A stretch of DNA of 64,000 bases. It comes from an uncultured Bdellovibrionales bacterium. GTDB lineage: Bacteria > Patescibacteriota > Minisyncoccia > Moranbacterales > GWC2-37-73. The notes below the pieces were generated by a model. The model had not been told where the DNA came from. It worked only from the letters and a program-made list of their open reading frames with translations, and searched no databases. The stretch spans positions 11,523 to 75,522 of the forward strand of contig CAZCMV010000003.1 of the NCBI GenBank assembly GCA_964500125.1, read 5' to 3'. Both the position numbers and the translations under genes were made by a program. Position 1 is the stretch's first letter, and each line of letters begins with the position of its first letter. Positions 46,713 to 54,968 of this stretch are shown here, in pieces.

Positions 46713-49586
46713 ATGCGCATCAAAATTCATACAAAAACAAAATCCGTAACTAGGGGGCTACGAGTAGGAGAGCTACTCTTTTTTGTGGCCATTTTTTCAT
46801 CTTTATTCCTGGGAACTTCTTCGGCAAAAGCTGCTTTCAATGAAAGCATCAACTATCAAGGCAAGTTGACTGATGGAAATGCAATTCCTGTATCTGACGG
46901 GGCATACGACATTGTTTTTAAGCTTTATGATGCGGCTGCGGGTGGCTCAACAGTCTGGAATGAATCTTTGACTAGTTCCAATCTTTGGACTGAGACGGTG
47001 AGTACGACAATAACGCGCAACGCTGCAGGTTGTGGAGGCAGTGGCTTCACTAGTATCGTTTATGCTACGGGAACTAACGAGGCATCTATTGCTATTGGAC
47101 AGACGATTTGGAACACTACTTTGAAAGAATCAGCAGTGGTTACAGACATAACAACTGGCACTAATACGCTTTGTGTTTCTAATCCCTATTCTTCTTGGGC
47201 TAATTCGGATGATCTTACTAATCGGGTGTATATTAAAAGCGGACTTTTTTCGGTGATGTTGGGAAAGTATGAAAGTCTTTCTTCTGTGGACTTCAATCAA
47301 ACTCTTTATCTTGGTGTGTTAGTCGGAAACGATTCGGAAATGGTGCCTCGCAAGATGATTGGAGCCGTTCCGGCTGCTTTTACGGCCAAAACACTTAATA
47401 ATAACGGAAGCGCTGCGATTGCTACAAATGATGGCGCCACTTTGAATATCGGTAATACCACGGGAGCTGTTACAATGAATTCAGGCGGCGTTTCTGCATG
47501 GACAAATACGGCTGGAAATTTGACCATTTCTACAGCAACTTCCGGAATATTAACCTTAAATTCGGCAGGATCGCTTGATTTGACTGGCGCTTCAGCTTCC
47601 AGTTTTGCCACTACGGCAGGCAATATTACTTTGCAATCAGCCGGCTCAAGTACTGTTGGTACCGTGCAAATTGGTGCTGGGGGAGTTGGTTCTATTACGC
47701 CTGATTTTTTTGGTTTAGACGTGAAATCAGACACCGGTGATCCCGCTGGTGGTTTCGAAGGTGCTATGTATTATAATACTTTCGATAATAAGTTTAGATG
47801 TTATCAAAACGCTGGTTGGACCGATTGCATCAGCGCTGGCGGAAGCACTACATTGCAAAATTCCTATGATCAGACAAATGGGAACACAATTGTTTCTACT
47901 TCAGGAAAAAACATAGCGCTTACGCTTGAAGAAGTTGACACGCCAACCTCATTTGCGATTGAAAATCAAGACACTTCTGGAATCAATGCAGAATATATAA
48001 ATAATTCAATCACTTCGGGAACATTGGCAAATGCGCTTACAATTGACAATACAGGTGCTGGTACTATTACTAATGCGATTAATATTTTAGAAACAGCTGG
48101 AACAATAACGACGGGGATTAATATTGGTAATAATGTAGGAACGGGAATTTCCATCGGGACTGGCGCGACCACAGGTATTTTTGTTGGTTCAGGTGGTGTT
48201 ACGATTGCTGCCGGTGCATTGAATGTCAATTCTGATGAAATTATTTCAGATGGTTCTACGCTTACTATAAATGCCGGAGGAATAGTCGATATTCAAGATA
48301 TTCTAAATGCAGATTCAATCACTTCTGATGCGGGTGTCTCCATTGCTTCTGGTGGAAGTTATACAGGCGCTGGTGCAGTAACACTTTCTTCAGCTTCTGC
48401 TTCGGCACTTACGATTGATTCGGGAACAACAGGAAATCTCGATATAGGCACCGGGGCAAATGCTAAAATAATTACGCTTGGAAATTCCACTGGTGCTACC
48501 GTGGTCAATATAAATTCCGGCACTGGCGGCATTAGCTTTCAGGCAGCAGGAACCGGAACAACAGATACTATCCAAATTGGTGAAGGGGGAAGTGGTTCTT
48601 CAACGCCTGATATTTTAGCACTTGATGTGAAATCTGATTCTGGAGATCCGGTAGGTTTTGAAGGAGCGATGTACTATAACAACAATATTAATAAGTTTCG
48701 ATGTTACCAAGATACAGCATGGACGGACTGTATCGGTGCAGGGGGCGGTAGTGGTGGTGATAATATAAGTATTAATGGAACTTCCATAACTGATGCTGAT
48801 TTTGACAATGTTACCCCGGCTTCTCCCATGGGAGGAGTAAATATGAAATGGCAAAGAGATTCTTCTACGCCTAATAATGTAAGCGCTTATTTTGATTTTG
48901 CAGATTATGATGGAGCTTTTAAGAAAAAGCCGACCTATGCATCTGATTTTATTTCCGGAACAGCAGTAGCTTATAATCTGCCATTTGTTGGGGCGGGTAT
49001 TTCTTCCGGAACAGTAACTGCTCCTTTGGCAGCGGCTATTGATAGTGATCACCCTGGTATTATGCGCTTACGTTCAAATACAACTGCCAATGGAGGGTAT
49101 CGCTATCAAGCTTATGCGGACTCAATTCGTTTTAAGGGCGGAGAAATATTTAATGCAGTTTTATATCATGAAAATATTGATACGACGATCGTAAGAATGG
49201 GATTTAATGACAATACAACTTACGCTGATGCGGTTGATGGTTGTTATTTTGAAGTTCCAACAACCGGAGTTGTAATTGGAAAATGTTCCAATGATTCAAC
49301 GAGAACGTCAACAACAGGAAGTTATACGATTTCAACTGGTACGTGGTATTCATATAGGGTCACTTTGAACTCTGATGCCACATTGGCGACGTTTGAAATT
49401 TTTGATAGTAACGGAAATTCTCTTTGGACAAGCAATAATACCGTTTCGTCCAATATACCGACTGCAGCTGGCAGAGAAACAACTGCGGGCATAATCGCTA
49501 CCGAGTCCTCAACTACGGCAACGTATATGGTTGATTTGGATTATATGAGTTTCAGTTTAGGAACCGCAAGCCCATTGGCGCGTTAG
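46713..49586 (+). CDS. Large secreted Gly/Thr/Ser-rich surface protein, 957 aa, with internal repeats.
   Basis: Signal peptide. Repeated about 40-aa module 'LDVKSD(T/S)GDP..GFEGAMYYN...NKFRCYQ...WTDCI' twice (about aa 330-375 and 640-680). C-terminal roughly 250-aa beta-rich domain. Confidence 0.6.
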   Translation: MRIKIHTKTKSVTRGLRVGELLFFVAIFSSLFLGTSSAKAAFNESINYQGKLTDGNAIPVSDGAYDIVFKLYDAAAGGSTVWNESLTSSNLWTETVSTTITRNAAGCGGSGFTSIVYATGTNEASIAIGQTIWNTTLKESAVVTDITTGTNTLCVSNPYSSWANSDDLTNRVYIKSGLFSVMLGKYESLSSVDFNQTLYLGVLVGNDSEMVPRKMIGAVPAAFTAKTLNNNGSAAIATNDGATLNIGNTTGAVTMNSGGVSAWTNTAGNLTISTATSGILTLNSAGSLDLTGASASSFATTAGNITLQSAGSSTVGTVQIGAGGVGSITPDFFGLDVKSDTGDPAGGFEGAMYYNTFDNKFRCYQNAGWTDCISAGGSTTLQNSYDQTNGNTIVSTSGKNIALTLEEVDTPTSFAIENQDTSGINAEYINNSITSGTLANALTIDNTGAGTITNAINILETAGTITTGINIGNNVGTGISIGTGATTGIFVGSGGVTIAAGALNVNSDEIISDGSTLTINAGGIVDIQDILNADSITSDAGVSIASGGSYTGAGAVTLSSASASALTIDSGTTGNLDIGTGANAKIITLGNSTGATVVNINSGTGGISFQAAGTGTTDTIQIGEGGSGSSTPDILALDVKSDSGDPVGFEGAMYYNNNINKFRCYQDTAWTDCIGAGGGSGGDNISINGTSITDADFDNVTPASPMGGVNMKWQRDSSTPNNVSAYFDFADYDGAFKKKPTYASDFISGTAVAYNLPFVGAGISSGTVTAPLAAAIDSDHPGIMRLRSNTTANGGYRYQAYADSIRFKGGEIFNAVLYHENIDTTIVRMGFNDNTTYADAVDGCYFEVPTTGVVIGKCSNDSTRTSTTGSYTISTGTWYSYRVTLNSDATLATFEIFDSNGNSLWTSNNTVSSNIPTAAGRETTAGIIATESSTTATYMVDLDYMSFSLGTASPLAR

Positions 49587-49631
49587 ATTTATGAAAAATA
49601 TTATCGAAAAGTGCAAAATAACTAGAAAAAT

Positions 49632-50405
49632 ATGAAAAAAAAAGATTTTTTTAAAAAATTTTTTGTCAAATTGATTTTTATTGCAAGCATTCCTTTTTCG
49701 GCAAATGCTTTTGATGGCATATCTTTTGAAAAAAATATTCTAAAAGCTTCCGGTTCTTGCGACTCAAATATTGTGTTGCAACTTTTTGCCGATGAATCTT
49801 TGGAAAAGTCAATCTATTCCGCCGGAGTGGTCTGCAAGGACGAAAAATATTATTTTTCTGACGATCTTTCCAAGTGGAATGTTCCGGAAGGAGAATATGC
49901 CATAGTTATTGATGGGGAAAAAACAAATGTACAAAGCATTGAAATAAAATATGAAAAACAGTTATTATCCAATGCAACGGTCAATCAAACGAATAAGCAG
50001 GAGGAGAAGAAAAATAAGCAGTCGGAAGTGAAGCAGAAAGAAAAATCGGCTGACGTGAAATTTCTTGAAGCGTTTGCTTCTTTTCAACAGTCGATTTTGG
50101 ATATGCACTCATGGCTTTCGAAGACAGAATATCCATCTTGGATAAAGGAGGGAATTGACTTTACCCTGAATGGCATTGATGAATTAGTTGTTAAAATAAG
50201 TGAGACGTTGTTTTCGGCGGATAGCTCGCAAAATGAGACAAGCGACATTGAACAGGAGACGAACGATACAGAACAGGAAACAGGGGACGTGGGACAAGAG
50301 ATGGAAAATGTGCAACAGGAAAAAGGCGATACAGGACAAAATGTGGGCAACATGGGACAAAATGCGGACGAAACGCAGCAAGCAGATAATGAACAGATTC
50401 AATAA
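49632..50405 (+). CDS. Secreted protein with acidic Gln/Glu-rich C-terminal repeats.
   Basis: Signal peptide. 'ETSDIEQETNDTEQETGDVGQEMENVQQEKGDTGQNVGNMGQNADETQQ'. Confidence 0.5.
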   Translation: MKKKDFFKKFFVKLIFIASIPFSANAFDGISFEKNILKASGSCDSNIVLQLFADESLEKSIYSAGVVCKDEKYYFSDDLSKWNVPEGEYAIVIDGEKTNVQSIEIKYEKQLLSNATVNQTNKQEEKKNKQSEVKQKEKSADVKFLEAFASFQQSILDMHSWLSKTEYPSWIKEGIDFTLNGIDELVVKISETLFSADSSQNETSDIEQETNDTEQETGDVGQEMENVQQEKGDTGQNVGNMGQNADETQQADNEQIQ

Positions 50406-50433
50406 ATAATTAACTAAAGCAAACAAGCAAAAA

Positions 50434-50458
50434 CTGCCAGATGCGCGGCAGTTTTTTT
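50434..50458 (+). terminator. Intrinsic terminator.
   Basis: CTGCC-AGATGCGC-GGCAG then T7. Confidence 0.55.
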
Positions 50459-50509
50459 GTTTTGCTTTTTGTTGTATAATTGATTTGTAAAATAAAATTA
50501 CAAAAACAT

Positions 50510-51361
50510 ATGAGTTTCTGGGAAAAATTAAAAGAACAAAATGAAAAAAAGAAGGAGATCTTAATTGATTTGCCAGAGCATGGCACGAAAGACGAAATAA
50601 CAAAGAAGAATAAATCGGCAAAAAAAACAGTTTTGAATGTGGCAATGATTGTCGTTATGCTTGGTTCACTTGCAGCTGCGGGTTATTTTTATTACCAATA
50701 TCGCAACATGAAGTTGGCGAAAAATACGCCAGCGCAAGAACAGAGTGAGGTTAGTCAGTTGGTAGCAAAAATTTCTCAATTTATGGAATTGCCGCAAGAA
50801 GAAACACCCGTTTTGGCAACAGTTTCAGACAAAAGCAAGCTGAATAGTCAACCTTTTTTCACTAAAGCGGAAAATGGTGATAAAATTTTGGTCTACAATA
50901 ATGCGGGACAGGCTATTCTTTATCGTCCTTCAACAGGCAAGATTATTAATGTGTCACAAGCAACTTTGGAAAGTCAAAATGAGCAAGCACAGCAGCAAGC
51001 CGTTGCGTCTCAGGAGGAGCCAGTCAATGGGCAATCTGCGGAAGCCAAAGTCGCAGGTGAGGAAACCGATGCACGTTCTGGGAATGTCGTCGCTCTATAT
51101 AATGGTACCAATAAAAAAGGCGTTACTTATGCTTTTGAGAAATACTTGACCAAAGAAATAGCTGACATTACGGTGGGTATTAAAGAATCAGCAGTAAAAC
51201 AGGATTATGCTAAAACGGTAGTGATTGATCTAAAAGGCGATAATGGGTATGTGGCAAAGTCTATTGCGGATAAAATTTCTGCCGAAGTTGGTTCTCTTCC
51301 GCAAGGCGAGACCTCTCCTGATGCTGATATTTTGATTATTTTGGGCAGTGATAGATTGTAG
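50510..51361 (+). CDS. Membrane-anchored LytR_C (LytR/CpsA/Psr C-terminal) domain protein.
   Basis: N-terminal TM; C-terminal 'NVVALYNGTNKKGVTYAFEKYL...VVIDLKGDNGYVAKSIADKI' resembles the LytR_C domain. Start set at MSFWEK; a -10 TATAAT lies about 30 nt upstream. Confidence 0.5.
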   Translation: MSFWEKLKEQNEKKKEILIDLPEHGTKDEITKKNKSAKKTVLNVAMIVVMLGSLAAAGYFYYQYRNMKLAKNTPAQEQSEVSQLVAKISQFMELPQEETPVLATVSDKSKLNSQPFFTKAENGDKILVYNNAGQAILYRPSTGKIINVSQATLESQNEQAQQQAVASQEEPVNGQSAEAKVAGEETDARSGNVVALYNGTNKKGVTYAFEKYLTKEIADITVGIKESAVKQDYAKTVVIDLKGDNGYVAKSIADKISAEVGSLPQGETSPDADILIILGSDRL

Positions 51362-51462
51362 CTGATTGTGGCAAGGTTTGTATCTAGCGGACCGTTCGTG
51401 TCAAGCGGACAGTCCGCTTTGCAATATAGCTTTCTTTTAGGCGTACTAAGTTAGTAGAGCTT

Positions 51463-52617
51463 ATGCAAAAAACTATAAACACCTTTCTTGCGTTTTTCAT
51501 AATTGCAGCCGCCTCTTTGGAGGTGGGTCTTTTTACTGTGCGGCAGGTACGTGACTTGAAATTTCCTGGTCCTGTTATGCCAACAATGTTAAAAAAAAGT
51601 CATAAAATTCCGGAAAAATTTGGCAAAGTAGAGCGTCCAAAGCCGGCTGCAGTTTCTATGGCTCGTTTTAAAAAACAGGGATGTGTGGCGGACGGGCTGC
51701 TTTCGGAATATAATCCGGACACTGAGAAATATATAGAAATGGTAAATCGTTCAAATTGCTATTATTTGCATCGGGCGGTTGAAACATGGCTCACTCCACC
51801 GGATTTTCAGACCATTGACTATGTGATGAATAATATTACCAAAAAGGATGTGGTTTACGGCATGTTTATTGCGGAAGCGCTCAAGACCAATGCTGACTAT
51901 TTTAATGAATACACAAAGGAATATTTTAACTTCAGAACAATGTGTCGCGAGGGCAGCAAGAATGTTTGGGGTGAACATTCCTGCAAGCCGACTTTCGGCA
52001 GTGCGGCTTATCGCGAATATCTTGAATATATTACGCACAAGGCAATTGATTTGGGCGTGCAGAGCTTTATGTTCGGGCAGATATATATGCAAGAGGGTGG
52101 AGACAATGATTATGCCAAAAAAATCATCAAGGACATGCGCGACTATGCCAAAAAGAAAGGGGTTGATATTGTGATTGGCGCGCAAACCGGAGCAATAACC
52201 GATCAAGAATACCTTTCACTTTTTGATTATATCGAAGGGGGAGTGGGACTTTATCCGGATGGCACGGTGGAAGAAGGAGCATGCCTTTCTTGGCGCGGTG
52301 GCTGTTGGGCATTGCTCTGGCACGATAATTACGCTTCCAAGGCAGATCATGTATTGTTGCATTTGGATTGGACTGGTATCAAAAGCGATGACCTGGATGT
52401 TTTTGCGCGTATGGATCAGCAAAAACGCGCCGAGACTTTGCGAAACTTATATAACAAATTTACTTCTCAAAATATGGGCTTTTTGATGCCACTGTTTGGC
52501 GTGCTCGACAAAGAAAACGGCGGTTGTTATGGTCCCAAGAAGCGTTTCTATTCTGCTGATAAGGCGTACGGTTGCAAGGATGAAGATGTGATCAACAAAA
52601 TACTCATTGGAAAATAA
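51463..52617 (+). CDS. Hypothetical secreted/anchored protein, 384 aa, Cys-containing; slightly GC-richer than its neighbours.
   Basis: N-terminal hydrophobic segment; no recognised motif. Confidence 0.45.
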   Translation: MQKTINTFLAFFIIAAASLEVGLFTVRQVRDLKFPGPVMPTMLKKSHKIPEKFGKVERPKPAAVSMARFKKQGCVADGLLSEYNPDTEKYIEMVNRSNCYYLHRAVETWLTPPDFQTIDYVMNNITKKDVVYGMFIAEALKTNADYFNEYTKEYFNFRTMCREGSKNVWGEHSCKPTFGSAAYREYLEYITHKAIDLGVQSFMFGQIYMQEGGDNDYAKKIIKDMRDYAKKKGVDIVIGAQTGAITDQEYLSLFDYIEGGVGLYPDGTVEEGACLSWRGGCWALLWHDNYASKADHVLLHLDWTGIKSDDLDVFARMDQQKRAETLRNLYNKFTSQNMGFLMPLFGVLDKENGGCYGPKKRFYSADKAYGCKDEDVINKILIGK

Positions 52618-52638
52618 TTTGAGCTTCTATTCAATTCA

Positions 52639-52670
52639 AAAAATTCTAGACATTGAATGTCTAGGATTTT
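52639..52670. terminator. Second copy (opposite orientation) of the AATCCTAGACATT...AATGTCTAGGATT hairpin terminator module.
   Basis: About 28/30 identical to the reverse complement of the copy at about 26891-26922. Confidence 0.55.
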
Positions 52671-52714
52671 AAAACTATTGCTATTTGTTATTTTACGTGT
52701 TATGCTTATCCATT

Positions 52715-53974
52715 ATGCATGATAATGACATTCAATTTGACGTGGTGGTGATTGGCGGCGGTCCAGCGGGGATGATGGCTGCTGTTTGCGCTGCCAAAAA
52801 AGGTGCGCGAGTCGCCTTGATTGAGAAAAATGATCGTCTGGGTATTAAGCTTCTGATGACGGGTAATGGGCGATGCAACTTCACACAAAATGAAAAGGAT
52901 ATCAATGAATTGGTTAAAAAATATGGCAAAAATGGCAGATTCTTGTATTCAGCATTGTCTACGTTTGGTCCCAAGAACACGATTGATTTTATGGAAAGAG
53001 CCGGCGTCAAAACGAAAGTTGAAAAAGATGGCCGCGTTTTTCCAGTCAGTGACCAAGGCAAAGATGTGCTTGGCGCGTTGGAAAAAATACTTAAGGAAAA
53101 TAACGTTACTTTTTTTCTCAAGTCCACTATTGAGGAAATCGAAGCTGAAAATGGCAAGATCCGTAAAATTATTTTGAATAAAAAAAGAGAAGTGACGGCG
53201 CATAGCTATATTTTTGCCATGGGTGGCAAATCATATCCGAGCACTGGCAGTGCAGGGCAGGGCTATGAATGGGCCAAAAAGCTGGGGCACACCATTGTCG
53301 AGCCGCAGCCTCTTTTGGTTCCAATTGAAACAAAAGAAAAATGGGTGGCTGAACTAGCTGGAATAACCGCACATAGTTGCGCCATCAGTATTTGGCAAGG
53401 TGGCAAGAAGCAAACAACTTCAGAAGGGGACATGCTTTTCACGCACCTGGGTGTGAGTGGTCCACTGGTACTTAATTTAAGTCGCAGCATAAGACCTATT
53501 TTAGCAAGCGGCGAAGTAAAGCTGAAAATAGATCTCAAGCCCTATTTATCATTTGAGCAGTTGGATGAAATCGTGCGCAAAGATTTTGAAAAAAATGCAT
53601 CCAAAAAATTAGCCAATTGTCTTGCTGATTTATTTTCTCCAAAATTACTTGAATTTTTGCTGAATTATAGTGGTGTTGATTTGGAAAAGCATGCCGCCAA
53701 AATAAGCAAGCAGGAAAGACATAAGCTCATAGAATTGTTTAAAGGCTTGGAACTTACGGTTGAAAAAATGTTCGGTTTTGAGCGCGCCATGGTTACAGGT
53801 GGAGGCATAAGCACGAAAGAAATTGATTCTAAAACCATGAATTCTAAAGTTATCCAAAATCTTTTTTTTGCCGGGGAAATCATCGATGTTGATGGTCCGA
53901 CCGGTGGCTATAATTTGCAATTGTGTTGGACAACAGGGCATTTAGCAGGTTCAAGCACAGCCAAACAACAATAA
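52715..53974 (+). CDS. FAD-dependent oxidoreductase of the HI0933/BaiN (aminoacetone-oxidase-like) family.
   Basis: 'DVVVIGGGPAGMMAAVCAAKKGARVALIEKN...GNGRCNFTQ'. Start set at MHDNDI. Confidence 0.75.
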   Translation: MHDNDIQFDVVVIGGGPAGMMAAVCAAKKGARVALIEKNDRLGIKLLMTGNGRCNFTQNEKDINELVKKYGKNGRFLYSALSTFGPKNTIDFMERAGVKTKVEKDGRVFPVSDQGKDVLGALEKILKENNVTFFLKSTIEEIEAENGKIRKIILNKKREVTAHSYIFAMGGKSYPSTGSAGQGYEWAKKLGHTIVEPQPLLVPIETKEKWVAELAGITAHSCAISIWQGGKKQTTSEGDMLFTHLGVSGPLVLNLSRSIRPILASGEVKLKIDLKPYLSFEQLDEIVRKDFEKNASKKLANCLADLFSPKLLEFLLNYSGVDLEKHAAKISKQERHKLIELFKGLELTVEKMFGFERAMVTGGGISTKEIDSKTMNSKVIQNLFFAGEIIDVDGPTGGYNLQLCWTTGHLAGSSTAKQQ

Positions 53975-53990
53975 CCAAAATGCTAAATTG

Positions 53991-54140
53991 AAGATACAAG
54001 AAACAAGATACGAAATACAAACAAAACTCAATATTCAAATTTAAAATATTCAAATCGCCCTGGTTTGGTTTTTTGTTTTTTGGAATTTGTAATTTGTTTG
54101 TATCTTGGTTCTCGTATCTTGTCCCTTGTGCCCCGTATCT
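53991..54140. repeat. Two blocks of heptamer-period repeats in inverted orientation (gatacaa/gaaacaa/gatacga... versus ...gtatctt/ggttctc/gtatctt) flanking an AT-rich core. Potential long imperfect hairpin.
   Basis: The left block is approximately the reverse complement of the right block; both are 7-bp periodic. Confidence 0.5.
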
Positions 54141-54441
54141 TTTAAGAGTTCCCGCGATTTGCTATAAAAAACAGTGCAAATTGTAATAAATTTACACAAA
54201 ATATTTCTGCAAAAAGCCTTATACTTATTCAGATAAAAACAATACTGATTGTGCTTTTGCTGTTTACGATTGTGGGAGGCTATTTATATCGTTCTTATCA
54301 CGACTTGTCTAAGATGATAAATTCAAGTAGCAATTTGCAACAAACAACAGTCAACTTACAACCGATAATCCGCAACAAGCAGTAAATAATTTACAACAAT
54401 CAACGGGTGATTCACGAATACAAAGTCCGATTGAAAATGCA

Positions 54442-54915
54442 GTGGGAAGAGTAACTAAAAAACCGTTTGGAATATATATTACATCCAAAACTTCACCAGT
54501 GCAGCCGGAAAGATTCCAAGGTTATCACACCGGCACTGATTTTGAAACTACGATTGATGAACAAAACATTGATGTGCCCATAAAAGCTATGTACAATGGC
54601 AAGCTTTTGGAGGCGCGACATGCCAGCGGTTATGGCGGCGTGGCAATTCAGGTATGTACATTGAATAATGAGCCAGTTACGGTGACGTATGGGCACCTTG
54701 AGCTTTCTAGTATGGTTGCAAAAGTTGGTGATGAATTAAAAGCGGGTGAATTTCTGGCAAATCTCGGTACGGGATATTCAACTGAAACTGATGGTGAGCG
54801 AAAGCATTTGCATCTAGGAATTCATAAAGGCCCCGCCATCAACATTCGTGGCTATGTTTCATCCAAAGGTCAACTTTCTGCTTGGCTGGATGCTTGCACA
54901 TTAGTTTGCAAATAA
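54442..54915 (+). CDS. M23 (LytM-type) metallopeptidase domain protein. GTG start, no signal peptide as called; probably the C-terminal part of a frameshifted longer gene.
   Basis: 'GYHTGTDF' (HxxxD) and 'HLHLGIH' (HxH) M23 motifs. Confidence 0.65.
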   Translation: MGRVTKKPFGIYITSKTSPVQPERFQGYHTGTDFETTIDEQNIDVPIKAMYNGKLLEARHASGYGGVAIQVCTLNNEPVTVTYGHLELSSMVAKVGDELKAGEFLANLGTGYSTETDGERKHLHLGIHKGPAINIRGYVSSKGQLSAWLDACTLVCK

Positions 54916-54968
54916 AAGAGGGAGTAAGACTCCCTCTCTATCTTTATCTCAATTCTCTATCTAATCCT

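Noticed and set aside
54400-54440. RNase P RNA or other structured ncRNA in the long 53975-54441 spacer (motif ACAAAGTCCGATTG)
   Set aside because: Lacks the conserved GGAAAGTCCGGGCTCC / P4 helix context. The region is better explained by the inverted heptamer repeats and the frameshifted peptidase N-terminus. tmRNA, SRP RNA and RNase P RNA were not recognisable anywhere in the window by eye, but a covariance-model search would be needed to exclude them.
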